Position numbers and translations under genes: made by a program | In this document: positions 21,131 through 31,907 of the stretch, piece after piece | Position numbering within the stretch: the stretch's first letter is position 1 | How the letters are laid out: every line of letters begins with the position of its first letter | The notes under the pieces: generated by a model | What the model was told of the DNA's origin: nothing | Seen by the model: only the letters and a program-made list of their open reading frames with translations | Database searches by the model: none | NCBI GenBank assembly: GCA_963578475.1 | Contig: CAUZCL010000018.1 | Coordinates: forward strand, 4,579 to 68,578 | DNA: 64,000 nucleotides | Origin: Acidobacteria bacterium bin61 | GTDB lineage: Bacteria; Acidobacteriota; Vicinamibacteria; Marinacidobacterales; SMYC01 | Reading direction: 5' to 3'

Positions 21131-22795
21131 CGAGAACCACGCCCGTACACTCTTTTCGCGCGCGCGGGCGTCACCCGTCCGGCCAAAACGTCCTGAAGCA
21201 CGAGTGACGGCTCTCGTTCGAGAGGAGAGCCGTAGCCGCCGCCCCCCCCATTTGAACGCTGAACGTGTCTCCGGGCGCGAGCTCGACCGAGGTTTTGGAG
21301 GAATGCTCCTGGAGTTCCGAATCTGGGTTCAGCCTGTACTTCGCGCACCGTGCGGGCTGTCCGCCGGCCAACCCCAGCGGGGGAAACTTGCCGCGGTCCG
21401 AGAGCACGGAGAAGACCACCTCATGGTCGAAGAAATAGTCGCGGCGAAGTCCGAGGCCGCCGTGGTAACGCCCCGCGCCTTGGGAGTCGGGAATCAACTC
21501 GTAGCGGGAGATACGAACCGGATACCACGCCTCGGTCTCCTCGACGGGGGCGTTTTCGGTGCTTTGGCCATGGGGCTGAACGGCATCGATACCGTCTTTA
21601 GAAGCCCTTGCGCCTAGCCTCCGCCCATGGCCTCGTAGAAGACGTAGTACTCACCGGTCCTCGGGGAAATCCCACCGAAAGAGATATTGCATAGAGCACC
21701 CTTGGAGCCCGCGGCGAGCCGCTCGGACATGCACTGCCCGAAAGCTTCGAGTGCGGTCTCGCAGACCCGGAACGCCGTCTCCCAACCGCCTCCGATCGCG
21801 GCCGGTGTCCGCGCGTTCACGATCGAGCCCTCGGGAGCAATGACGTCGAACGTTCTGTAAAAGCCTTCATTGATCGGAAGACCGGGATCCATCATGACCC
21901 GGAGCGCGTAGGCGCAGTTGGAGAGCGTCATGGCGTACGTCGCGTTGATCGGGCATTTGCGTTGCGCGTCCGAGCCCGTCAGATCGAACACGACCTTCTC
22001 GTCTTCGACCGTAATCGCGACGACGACTTTGATAGGCGTTTCGGTGAACCCGTCGCCGTCCATGAACCCTTCCGCCTTATAGACGCCGTTCGGGATGTTT
22101 CGGATCTCCTCCCGCGTCCGGCGTTCGCTATACTCGATGAGCTTTGAGACCGTGCGGTCGAACGTGTCGACGCCGTATTTGTCGAACGTTTCGGAAAGAC
22201 GCCGGGTTCCCGTGTGGATGCCGGCAATCTGTGCCCTGAGATCGCCACCCGTCTCCTTCGGAGACCGACTATTGGCTTGAAACAAATTGAAGATGTTTTC
22301 GTCGAGCTCGCCTCGATTGAGGAATCTCACCGGAGGGATTCGGAATCCCTCCTGGTAAATCTCCTTGGCGAGGCCGATGCTTCCCGGCGTCAAGCCGCCT
22401 ACGTCGAGGTGATGGGCAATCGTCGCGACGAACGCCACGAGCTCGTCATCATAGAACACAGGCGAGACGAGACAGACGTCGTTCATGTGGACGCCGCCGT
22501 TCAGACCGTCGTTACATAGAATCCCGTCACCGGGCTCGAGCCGCTCGACGCCGTAAGCGTCCATGATTCGCGGGACGAAGTGCACGAGCGAGCCGAGGTG
22601 CACGGGCTGGGAAAAAGACTGGGCGATCACGCGCTGTGCGCGGTCGAAGATCGCGCACGAAAAATCCTGGCGAGTGGTGATGTTGGTGGAGTAAGCCGTT
22701 CGTTGAAGGGCAACGCACATCTCGTCTGCGGTCGCTGTCAATCGATGGCGCAATACCTCCAGGAAAACAGGATCCTCGTGCAAGGCGACGTTCAT
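21127..22795 (-). pseudogene. hyuB: Hydantoinase B / 5-oxoprolinase (HyuB family) with two 1-bp frameshifts
   Basis: It is read in three frames. 21614..22795 ends ...FYEAMGGG*. The next frame gives LGARASKDGIDAVQPHGQSTENAPVEETEAWYPVRISRYELIPDSQGAGRYHGGLGLRRDYFFDHE. A third frame (21127..21348) gives GGGGGYGSPLEREP... The first break is a missing base in 'ggcggaggcta-ggcgca' near 21605. The second is in a C8 homopolymer at 21242-21249. Confidence 0.75.
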
Positions 22796-22804
22796 CGCGT
22801 TCGC

Positions 22805-24000
22805 TTACTCCTTCTTCTTTAGTAACAGGACTCCATAGATGCCGACTTCGGCCTGGTACCCTGGATGGAGGAGCGTGGTCGAGTCGACCTCCTCGATCAC
22901 GGCCGGGCCGGCCACGACGTTGTGTTGCTGGAGACGATAGCGGTCGTAGATGGGACAGTCGACGAACACGGCCGCCTCCTCGAAATAGACGGGGCGCTCT
23001 CCCTTAAGAGCGTGCGCCGACGCCATCGGGAACGTTCTCGAGGCGGGGTTTCGGAGCGCGCCCCACTGCAAGGAGACCGACGTTTACGATTTCGAGTGGT
23101 TCGCCGGGGACGGAGTAGCCGTAGCTCTGGTGATGCGAATCGTGGAAGGTGCTCTCGAGCTTCGCGAGCCTGTCTTCCGTCAGTCGCTCGGACGGAGTCG
23201 GGATTCGAAGCGTCCAGGACTGGCCCACGTAGCGCATGTCCAGGTAGTGTTCGAGCGTGACGTTCTCGCGGTCCACACCTTCGTTCGACAGATCGCCAAA
23301 CGCTTTGGACTCGAAATCCTCGTAAATCTCGTTCAGTGCATCGAAGCCGGTCGGACCGAGGTCCGTGAGACGCGTGATTCGATAATCATGACGCAGATCG
23401 CTGATGAGCATTCCCATCGCCGAGGCCACGCCGGGGCTCGGGGGCACGACGACGACAGGAATGCCGAGCTCAGCGGCGAGCCGGTTGGCGTGCACCGGCC
23501 CGGCACCGCCGAACGTGACGAGGCTGAACTCGCGTGGGTCGTAGCCGCGCTGAACCGAGACGAGTCACATGGCCTCGACCATCGTCGAATTCTCAATCTC
23601 GACGATCCCCATGGCCGTCGATTCCACGGGACGGCATAGAGCGTCGGCGCATCGAGCGGCGATGGCGTCGCGCGCCAACTTCCGATGGAGAGAAATCTCG
23701 CCCCCGAGGAAGTAGTCCGCGTTCAACCGGCCAAGAGTTAGATTCGCGTCCGTGACCGTCGGCTCTCGTCCACCTTTTCCGTAACACGCTGGACCCGGAT
23801 CCGCGCCGGCGCTCTTCGGCCCCACACGCATGAGTCCGCCCGCGTCGATCCAGGCGATGCTGCCACCGCCCGCCCCGACTTCGACCAGGTCCATCACCGG
23901 CACCAAAATGGGATACCCGCTCCCTTTCGCGATACCGCTTCCCGAGCCGGCGACGCCTCCGGCTTCGAACTCTGATACGACGGACTCGGCAGGCTACGAG
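22805..24000 (-). pseudogene. hyuA: Hydantoinase A (HyuA family). The N-terminal ~290 aa are missing and there are two or more frameshifts.
   Basis: Three ORF pieces (23565..23906, 23004..23495 and 22805..23071) carry consecutive HyuA segments (DLVEVGAGGGSIAWID..., HANRLAAELGIPVVVVPP..., ...GPAVIEEVDSTTLLHPGY). The ggt promoter region begins at about 24040, so the 5' third of the gene is absent. Confidence 0.65.
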
Positions 24001-24164
24001 GTGGCAGAAATAGATCGCCTCACCAAAGGCCTCGGGGTCGTCTTTCGGAACGCCTTCGTGTATAGAATACCGCGATGTCTTTTTGTTCCGGCCACGGGAT
24101 GGCTTTTTTGTGGCAACACCATTTAAGATGACACCGTCCTGGTCGGGACGAAGGAGGAGCGACC

Positions 24165-25970
24165 ATGAGCTACCGAACCTTTCTGTCACGCCTCTCTGGC
24201 GCGATCCTCGCGCTTCTCGTCGGCCTCTCCATCTGGCAGCTCGGAAGCACCGACGCCGCCAACGAGGCTGCTGTCGATTCGGCACTCCGCACTTATCAGA
24301 AAGAGCAAGGCTACCGCCCCGAAGTCGAGATCTGGGGCCGCAAAGCTATGGTGTCGAGCTCGGTGCCGCTCGCGAGCCTTGCCGGAGCTCGCGTCCTCAT
24401 GGAGGGCGGCAACGCCGTCGACGCCGCGGTCGCGATGGGCGCCGCGTTGAACGTGACGTGGTTCAACAACTGCCAGCTCGGTGGCGACACGGTGATGCTG
24501 ATCTACTGGGCGGAAACGGGCAAGTTCGTCACGATGGACGCCTACTCGCAAGTTCCGGCGAATCCCGAGCTTCGCAATATGTTGGAAGCGCTTCCAGGTG
24601 TGCAAGGCAATCCCGAGGCTTATCGCGAGGAACCCCGCACCGCCACCCAGGAAACCGGACTTCGTCCGCGCGGTGACGGCGTCCTCGTGTCCATGATCCC
24701 CGGCACCGCGGCCGCGTGGACGCGGGCGATGGAGAAATTCGGGTCACTTTCTCTCACGGACGTGCTGGCACCTGCCATCGAGTACGCTGAAGAGGGCTTC
24801 CCCGTCAATAGCGGTCTCGTCGAGAGCCTTTCAGCCATGGAAGCGTCCCTTCGCAAATATCCGTCGACCGCCGAGATTTTCTTCCCCGGCGGCAAGGCAC
24901 TCGAGCCCGGTGACGTGCTCGTTCAAAAAGATCTCGCCGCGACGCTCAGAAAGATCGCTGCGACAGGATTCGACGCTTTCTACAAAGGGGAGATCGCCGA
25001 GGCGATCGTCGACTATGTTCAGGAGAACGGCGGCGTCATCACGCTCGACGACATGGCCGGCTACGACGTCATCTGGCGGGAGCCTTACCGCGCCGACTAT
25101 CGGGGCTACGAGGTGATCGCAGCGCCGCCACCCACTGCCGGCATCCACGTCCTCCAGCAGCTGAACATCGTCGAGCAGTTCGACCTCGCCGCGATGGGCT
25201 ACCACAGCGCCGATGCGCTCCACGTGATGATCGAGGCAACAAAGCTCGCGGGCGCCGATCGCCGCGCGATGGGCGGCGATCCGGACTTCGTTGACATGCC
25301 GGTGACGGGTCTCATTTCGAAAGAGTACGCCGCGACACGGAAAGAATTGATCGACATGGATCGAGCCATCGAGCCAAAGTTTCCCGCGGGCGATCCATTA
25401 CGTTACGAGACCGAGGACACGACCCATTTCGTCGTCGTGGACGAGCAGGGCAACATGGTCTCGACCACCACGACGCTCGGAGGCTGGTTCGGCTCGAAAG
25501 AGGTCATCGCCGGTACGGGGCTCCTGCTTCAAGACCGCACGTGGTGGCTTGCGCTCGACCTGCGGAGCCCGAACATCGTGGCGCCGGGTCGCAGGGGCAA
25601 CATCGGCCACACACCCATCATGGTCTTGAAAGACGGCAAGCCGTTCATGGCCATCGGGAGCCCGGGAGGCGACACGATCCGCCAGACGGTCTTTCAGGGC
25701 ATCGTGAACGTGATCGATTTCGGCTTGAACATCCAGCAGGCCATCGAGGCCGCGCGTTTCGCGGCCAATCCTCTGGAGAATTCGGTCCGCATCGACTCGC
25801 GCATCGCCGCCGATGTGCTCGATGCGCTCGAAAGCCGCGGGCACAAGCTCGTGCGGGCCGACCCCTGGCGCGGACCAGGAACACTCGAGGGCTTCGTGAT
25901 CGACCTGGAGACCGGTGTGATCATGGGAGGCTACGACCCCAAGGGAGGATCCATTGCCATTGGTTGGTAG
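24165..25970 (+). CDS. ggt: Gamma-glutamyltranspeptidase
   Basis: Signal peptide, a full-length GGT and the autocatalytic Thr region (TTHFVVVDEQGNMVSTTTTLGGWFGS). Confidence 0.85.
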   Translation: MSYRTFLSRLSGAILALLVGLSIWQLGSTDAANEAAVDSALRTYQKEQGYRPEVEIWGRKAMVSSSVPLASLAGARVLMEGGNAVDAAVAMGAALNVTWFNNCQLGGDTVMLIYWAETGKFVTMDAYSQVPANPELRNMLEALPGVQGNPEAYREEPRTATQETGLRPRGDGVLVSMIPGTAAAWTRAMEKFGSLSLTDVLAPAIEYAEEGFPVNSGLVESLSAMEASLRKYPSTAEIFFPGGKALEPGDVLVQKDLAATLRKIAATGFDAFYKGEIAEAIVDYVQENGGVITLDDMAGYDVIWREPYRADYRGYEVIAAPPPTAGIHVLQQLNIVEQFDLAAMGYHSADALHVMIEATKLAGADRRAMGGDPDFVDMPVTGLISKEYAATRKELIDMDRAIEPKFPAGDPLRYETEDTTHFVVVDEQGNMVSTTTTLGGWFGSKEVIAGTGLLLQDRTWWLALDLRSPNIVAPGRRGNIGHTPIMVLKDGKPFMAIGSPGGDTIRQTVFQGIVNVIDFGLNIQQAIEAARFAANPLENSVRIDSRIAADVLDALESRGHKLVRADPWRGPGTLEGFVIDLETGVIMGGYDPKGGSIAIGW

Positions 25971-27279
25971 GGCGACCGCCTCTCTTCTCGTTCTTCTGGT
26001 CGCGAACCAGGCCGCGACAGCCGAAGATTGGCCGGAGTGGCGCGGAAAAGGCCGCCTCGGTGTCTGGACCGAGGACGGGATTCTCGACGTTTTCCCCGAG
26101 GAAGGTCTCGACGTGAAGTGGCGTAGGCCCGTGGGGAGCGGCTACGCCGGCCCCTCCGTCGCGGACGGCCGTATCTTCGTCGCCGACTTTCGACCCACGC
26201 AGCACAACCGGGGTTTCGAACGGGCTCTTGCTCTCGACGAGGAGACCGGTGAGGTTCTCTGGGAGCACGAGTGGGAAGTCAATTACACCGGCCTGCAGCT
26301 CGTCTACGCGATCGGCCCGCGAGCGACGCCCACGGTCGACGGGGATCGCATCTTCGTGCTCGGGGCAATGGGGCAACTCCTCGCGCTCGCGGTCAAAACG
26401 GGCGAGGTCTTGTGGCAGAAGGACTTCGTTCGCGACTTCGAAGCCTCGCTGCCGGTATGGGGTATGTCGAGTGCACCTCTCGTCGATGGAGAGCGCGTGA
26501 TCGTCCTCGCTGCCGGTGAGCCCAATGCGAAAGTCGTTGCGCTCCATCGAGACACGGGGCGAGAGATCTGGCGAGCCTTGTCGTCCGACTGGGAGCCCGG
26601 ATACAGCCAGCCTGTGATCTTCGATCCGGGCGGCAAACGCCGGCTCATGATTTGGCATCCGCGAGCGTTGAGCGTGCTCGACCCTGTCACGGGAACCGTT
26701 GAGTGGGAACAGCCCTTCATCGTGAGCATGGGGATGACGGTCTCGACGCCGATCCTGGTGGGCCGTCACCTTTTCGTCTCTTCGTTCTACGACGGCGCAC
26801 GAATGTGGAAGCTCGACGAGGATGGCGCGCAAGCCACGCTTCTCTGGGCAAGCTCGGGCCAGAGCGAGGTCCGGTCCGACAAGGTCCACACCCTGATCAA
26901 TACGGCCGTCATCCAGGGTGACTATCTGTACGGCATCGATAGCTACGGCCAGATGCGCTGTCTCGAGCTCGAGACGGGGAAGCGTGTCTGGGCAAGCCTC
27001 GACGTCACCCGGGAAAAACAGAGATGGGCGACCGCGTTTTTCGTACGCCACGGCGATCGCTACTTCATCAACAACGATCGCGGAGAGCTCATCATCGCCC
27101 GATTCTCGCCGGAAGGCTTTCACGAACTCAGCCGCACGCAGCTGATCGAGCCGACGTCGCCTACGGTGCGGAGGCGTGAGCTGAATGCCGTTCACTGGTC
27201 GCATCCAGCCTATGCGAACCGCCACATCGTCGTTCGGAACGATAGAGAGATCCTGAGAGCATCGCTCGCCAGTCCGTGA
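25954..27279 (+). CDS. Secreted PQQ-repeat beta-propeller protein (BamB-like)
   Basis: Signal peptide and repeated PQQ-type blades (DGRIFV, GEVLWQKDF..., YLYGIDSYGQMRCLELETGKRVW). Confidence 0.65.
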   Translation: MPLVGRATASLLVLLVANQAATAEDWPEWRGKGRLGVWTEDGILDVFPEEGLDVKWRRPVGSGYAGPSVADGRIFVADFRPTQHNRGFERALALDEETGEVLWEHEWEVNYTGLQLVYAIGPRATPTVDGDRIFVLGAMGQLLALAVKTGEVLWQKDFVRDFEASLPVWGMSSAPLVDGERVIVLAAGEPNAKVVALHRDTGREIWRALSSDWEPGYSQPVIFDPGGKRRLMIWHPRALSVLDPVTGTVEWEQPFIVSMGMTVSTPILVGRHLFVSSFYDGARMWKLDEDGAQATLLWASSGQSEVRSDKVHTLINTAVIQGDYLYGIDSYGQMRCLELETGKRVWASLDVTREKQRWATAFFVRHGDRYFINNDRGELIIARFSPEGFHELSRTQLIEPTSPTVRRRELNAVHWSHPAYANRHIVVRNDREILRASLASP

Positions 27280-28568
27280 TGCGGCTTTCGATCGTCTGCC
27301 TCACGCTGTGTTGCTTGCAGACGCAGGCGGAGGCCGCTTCGAAACGGCTCACAATCATCGTGAGCGATCTCCATCTGGAACCCGGGAGTCGCGACGCAGC
27401 ATTCACTCATTTTCTGGGCGAGATTTCCGGTGGATCCACAACCCTCGTCATGAACGGCGATGCGTTCGAGCTCCGCGAACGCACGGAAGCCGAGGCCCTC
27501 TCGAAGCTCGAGGGCATTTTCGAGTCACACGCGGCACTCCTCGATCGGCTCGAAGTGTTCGCAAGCTCGAACCAGATCGTTTTCGTTCCGGGCGACGAAG
27601 ATGCCGCCCTGCTATTTCCCGGGGTGGCCAAGCGCCTCCGGGATCGTCTGGGAAGCGTCGGGGTCGAGCGGCAAGGATTCTGGGTCTCCGAGGACGAGCG
27701 CATCCTCGTCGAGCACGGCCATCAGCTTCCCCGGGGTAGCTGGGTTGAGCGTGTTCCAGACGGACTCGTCATCGATGGGTTCGCCAAACGTCTGGCGGGA
27801 CTCAAATACGCGCTGTCATCCGAGCGTGGCAAGCCGGTGCCGGATGATCTTTTGAAGCTTCTCCTGCTGAACGTGTCGTGGCAGCAATTTCGTCGCGATC
27901 TCGAGCTCGAGGTCGAAACTCCCGAATGGGATTTGGCGGCGGTCCGTTCGACGGGGGACGCGTTTCTGCTCCAGTCTATCCCGGAAGACGATCCGCTTTA
28001 TGAAGCGTGGCGCCGAACCACCCTGTCCGCGAGCGAGCTCACCGATGACGAATTGCGCCTCGTCTGCGATTACCGTGCGGCCGTGCGGAGGGCAAGGCGC
28101 CGCATGGAGCGTGGTCTCACACAGCTCGCAAGGGTCGGCCCAGTCGTGGCGGAGTGCCCGCGGCTCGAGCACACGCGGAATCCGTCGTTCTCGTACTTCT
28201 GGAGCTCACGCGACGCTCTATACGAGAAACGACTAGCGTCGTTCTCGAGCGCGCCGGACGTCTACGTCCACGGCCATACGCATCTGCCGGATCGGGGCTT
28301 CGTTCCCGAAGCACAAGCTGATGGGCCTCGGATTTTGAACAGCGGCGCATTCAAAAGAGTCATCACGCCCGTGAGGTTCGAAGCTATGAAGCAAGAGAGA
28401 GGTGTGACGACGACCGACCTCCTGAAAGAGCTCGGTCCCGAGGACCTACCTCCTTGCTACAGCTACGTCGTTGTGGAGCCCTACGAGGAAACGCCGGACG
28501 CGCAGCTCACCCACTGGCAGCTTTCGCCCGATGGGAAGTGGGGCGTGGGGCGCCGGTGCGAGATGTGA
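27276..28568 (+). CDS. Secreted calcineurin-like metallophosphoesterase
   Basis: Signal peptide and the motifs IVSDLHL, NGDAFEL, GDED and VEHGHQ. Confidence 0.7.
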   Translation: MMRLSIVCLTLCCLQTQAEAASKRLTIIVSDLHLEPGSRDAAFTHFLGEISGGSTTLVMNGDAFELRERTEAEALSKLEGIFESHAALLDRLEVFASSNQIVFVPGDEDAALLFPGVAKRLRDRLGSVGVERQGFWVSEDERILVEHGHQLPRGSWVERVPDGLVIDGFAKRLAGLKYALSSERGKPVPDDLLKLLLLNVSWQQFRRDLELEVETPEWDLAAVRSTGDAFLLQSIPEDDPLYEAWRRTTLSASELTDDELRLVCDYRAAVRRARRRMERGLTQLARVGPVVAECPRLEHTRNPSFSYFWSSRDALYEKRLASFSSAPDVYVHGHTHLPDRGFVPEAQADGPRILNSGAFKRVITPVRFEAMKQERGVTTTDLLKELGPEDLPPCYSYVVVEPYEETPDAQLTHWQLSPDGKWGVGRRCEM

Positions 28569-28777
28569 ATCGTCGAAGTAACTGGACCGCCGCAGTCGCA
28601 GCAACCGTTCTTCTGAGCATTGCAAACGCCGGCCAAGAAACTGCAGTTCCTGAAAAAGTTAAACAGCTTCGCTTGGCCGCAGAGCAGGGCGACGCGGACG
28701 CCCAGTTCATCCTCGGAGTGAAGTACGACCTCGGAGAGGGTGTTCCGGAGAACGACGCTGAAGCGGTGAAGGCGTGA
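28565..28777 (+). pseudogene. Sel1-repeat protein, truncated after a single repeat
   Basis: AAEQGDADAQFILGVKYDLGEGVPENDAEAVKA is one Sel1 unit. The frame ends abruptly where the sequence composition changes. Confidence 0.4.
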
Positions 28778-28870
28778 GCGTTTTTATAGGCGTTGACCCT
28801 GGCTTGTCGGGAGCGCTTGCGTGTATCGACGAAAACGGTGACGTGCAATGCTACAGGTTGCTCCGACCGA
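28774..28870 (+). pseudogene. N-terminal fragment (~30 aa) of a RuvC-like Holliday-junction resolvase
   Basis: MSVFIGVDPGLSGALACIDENGDV matches the RuvC N-terminal catalytic-Asp motif (ILGIDPG...G). There is no similarity beyond ~30 aa. Confidence 0.3.
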
Positions 28871-28936
28871 CCAAAAACGCTTGGGCATTCGTCCACGGCG
28901 CTAGGCGTGACGGAAAAGTGACTTGGTGTCAAAATT

Positions 28937-30172
28937 TCATCGAGAAGTCGAGGCGTGGACGAACGCGGCGACTTCGCGTGCGGCGATGCGAATGCCGTGC
29001 GCGTTCCAATGTGTGTCGTCTCTCCAGAAAACGTACTCTTCTCGTTCGAGAAGAGAGTGGGCTCCTTCGATGAGAGCCGGCGTGAGATCGATGACCGGTA
29101 TGCCGTACGGCAAGAAGACTTGTTCGAGGGTGGCGTGGCCCGGAGAAGGAACCCGTAGACGCCGTCCCGGAGCATCGAGCAGCGAATGGTAGACGCGATA
29201 TTTCGTCGGCACGAAGAAGACGGCCTCGACGTGATCAACGGCTCCAGGAAGGGCCGAGCCCAGTTCGATCTCTAGCGAGTTCGCCGTCGCCTTGTCGATA
29301 TAGCTCCCATAGAAGCCCATATCGTGCCGTCCTACGCGGTAGATCTCGACCGCGGCGTTTACCGGCGGAAACAGAATGCGGCCGAGGAGCCTGGTCCCGT
29401 TGAAGACCAGCCGCCCGAGCCCAAACACGGCGCCGACGGCGTTCCAGCTACGGACCTTGAGCTGATCGTACGTGCTCGGCCGCGTGAGGCCCCTCCCGGG
29501 TCCCCGGAAGTCGTTGCCCTCGAACACGAACACCATCGCGTGAATAGACGGAGCCGCGTTCGCCTCGAACATCTTGATCGCGTTCAAGTAGTCTCGAGGT
29601 CCGGTCGCGGATGCGATCGAATAGGCGTCGACGCCGTGCTCGCGCCGCAGCACGTTGACGAGAATGTCCTTCTGGTCGTTGCCCGTGCCGACCAAGAAGG
29701 AGTCACCGGCGAGCGCGAGCGGTGCGCCCGCGTAGTCGGAGTCGTTGCGGTATCCGCGATTGTCGGTCTCGAAATGCACGACCCGCGGTTGCCGGATCGT
29801 GTGCGACACGAGTGGATCGATGGCCGCGAGGTCGCCGTGAGGCATCGAGAACGTCTCGTCGACGTCGCGCTCGTATCCCCGGACCCTTTCGTGTTTCTCG
29901 TGCGGCCGGTAGTAGGCCGCAGAACCCGCTCCCCGGAGGAGGAAGCGCGTCGCGACCTCGCATAAAGCGAGCGAGAGCACTATGGCACCCAGCAGGAGCC
30001 GCAGTCGGGGCGTGGCCGCCCGCGCCGCCAGCAGTGCGAACAGCGCGAACGCGACTACGTCGATGGCGAGGGGAAAGCCGACCAGCCAGAACAGACCGGC
30101 CAATGCGAGAAAGAGGTTGAAGCGCGTGAAAAACGTCGGGATCGGGCCGGCGAACGCCTCTGGGTGCGGCAT
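28937..30172 (-). CDS. Membrane-anchored SGNH-hydrolase-like protein of the AlgX/AlgJ (DHHW) family. A putative polysaccharide O-acetyltransferase.
   Basis: N-terminal transmembrane segments, a GDSFLVGTG (SGNH block I-like) region and a C-terminal FWRDDTHWNAHG (DHHW motif). Confidence 0.55.
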   Translation of the reverse strand: MPHPEAFAGPIPTFFTRFNLFLALAGLFWLVGFPLAIDVVAFALFALLAARAATPRLRLLLGAIVLSLALCEVATRFLLRGAGSAAYYRPHEKHERVRGYERDVDETFSMPHGDLAAIDPLVSHTIRQPRVVHFETDNRGYRNDSDYAGAPLALAGDSFLVGTGNDQKDILVNVLRREHGVDAYSIASATGPRDYLNAIKMFEANAAPSIHAMVFVFEGNDFRGPGRGLTRPSTYDQLKVRSWNAVGAVFGLGRLVFNGTRLLGRILFPPVNAAVEIYRVGRHDMGFYGSYIDKATANSLEIELGSALPGAVDHVEAVFFVPTKYRVYHSLLDAPGRRLRVPSPGHATLEQVFLPYGIPVIDLTPALIEGAHSLLEREEYVFWRDDTHWNAHGIRIAAREVAAFVHASTSR

Positions 30173-30592
30173 GGTGTCGGATTATATCGAGCTTTCATTC
30201 GATCGCGGGCGAGCTCGCGGTTGCGGTTGATTGCTTCGCCCCGCTCACCGTCCAGGCTCAGACCCGACCAAGGGCACGGGCTGGTCAGGCGTCTTCTCCG
30301 CGGTTTCCCCAAAGCTATGGACGAACCTTTCGGCGAGGACCCGACGGCCGAAATTGATCTCGTCCATGCGCCATCGAACGGGACTCGAAAGCCGCGCCGG
30401 CGACGGGCATGGGGTCAGGAGGCCAAACCTGAAACGGGCCCCAAAGTACAGGGGTTACGAGGATTCGACTAGGGTCCGAGCGTCGCAGCGGCTAGCTTCG
30501 TCCACAACTTCGGGAAACCCTGACGCCAGGCCAGGCGTCTACAGGCGATTCCGTCCTCGCCCACCAAAGGCCCTCGTTTTCCTCGGTGCTAC

Positions 30593-31234
30593 CTAGTGGT
30601 ATCGCTTGGCTTCCCCGGAAAGCGTGATGCCCAGCGCGATCACCACCATTGCGTCGGCAAACGATTTCCCGTCCAGGAACAGCGCCACCACATCTTCGCC
30701 GGACAGATCCCGTTCCTGCATCTCACGAAGTTTCGCCGCGCTCGCTTGTACGAAACCTAGGGACACCGTCGAGCTCGACAGCCCGATAGCGCCCGGTATC
30801 GCTTCCGCAGCAGCCTCGTAGTTGCGACACGAGATTCCGTACAGCACTCGTTTCAGCAGCAGATCATTCACCTCTCCGCCGTCGTTCAGTGCTTCGTAGG
30901 AGCGAAGCGGTATCTCTACTCCCTCTTGGCTCCGAACCCGTGGCACACGGATCGGTACCCGCTGGCCGGCAAGCCCTACCGTGCCAGGGTTGGTTCCGTG
31001 GCGGCGGCCACACTCCAGTTCGTCCTTACGAGCGTATCGCTCTCCCGCCAACTCCTTCACTTCGTCGGCGAGTAGCTCGTGAACGTGCATTAACCCAAGC
31101 GGGATTAGCGAACGGATCATCTCTATTTTGACGTCCACCTCGAGCTCCCCGTACTCCTCGCGCGCCATTACCTCGGGCTTACCAAAACGACGTGACTTCT
31201 TGTGTTTCTTGGCTGGACGTAGCAGACTTCCCAT
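30593..31234 (-). mobile_element. IS256-family (mutator-type) transposase with the N-terminal ~210 aa only; the 3' part is truncated
   Basis: ELLADEVKELAGERYARKDE...GTVGLAGQRVPIRVPRVR...DVVALFLDGKSF matches the IS256 transposase N-terminus. There is no DDE C-terminal half. Confidence 0.6.
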
Positions 31235-31604
31235 CTCGGCTCCTTTCTCTTGCGGCTTGATGTTGTTTTTGCCAACGTCATCAAACTACGGGGTTGGGAG
31301 CCGTTTCAATTTCCAACTCAGAATGGCACACTCTCAACAGCGGCCGCGACATCCCCACATTGGGGACGCATCCGTTTGTTGTTATCTTCCTTTTTTCATG
31401 TTACAAGGAGACAAATTGGTCTGTTTATTTAACAAATAAGGGCAGGGAGGGTGTTGACCTATGGGAGAAGGATGAAGCTCTAGCCTCGAGGAGGGAAGAG
31501 TTCCGGAAACGGCTACCTCCGACCGGCAAGCCGAAGCACCAGGCCAGGGTGGTTCGGCTAACGATGACAATGTTAGTTCTAATACAAAAGATAGGAGTTC
31601 ACAA

Positions 31605-31907
31605 ATGAATTTTGGAAAGATTGCGCTTATTTTGGGTTTGGTCGTAGCAGTCGTTGCCCCTTTTGCCGGAATCCCGTATCTAGCTGTGGCACTGGCTGTA
31701 CTAGGTCTAGTCGTAGGTATTACCGATGACTCAGATCAAGTCACAGTGTTAGTCACTGCTTTAGCATTGGCGGCTGTTCATGGAGCGCTGAATGAGGTTC
31801 CTGCGGTGGGTACCCATATCACCGGCATTCTTGGTGGCGTTTCTTCTCTGATCAACGCCGCTGCCCTCGCAGTGATTGCCAAAGGCATCGTAGCGCGCGT
31901 GTCGTAG
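31605..31907 (+). CDS. Small hydrophobic membrane protein (100 aa) in an AT-rich patch
   Basis: A strong Shine-Dalgarno (aggagttcacaaATG). Ala/Val/Leu/Gly-rich, with about three transmembrane segments. Local GC is markedly lower than the surrounding sequence. Confidence 0.45.
   Translation: MNFGKIALILGLVVAVVAPFAGIPYLAVALAVLGLVVGITDDSDQVTVLVTALALAAVHGALNEVPAVGTHITGILGGVSSLINAAALAVIAKGIVARVS

Noticed and set aside
21242-21249. C8 homopolymer in hyuB considered as a phase-variation switch
   Set aside because: The run encodes the conserved GGGGG motif of hydantoinase B. The gene carries a second, non-homopolymer lesion and its partner hyuA is truncated. Decay, or a homopolymer sequencing error, is more parsimonious than programmed phase variation.
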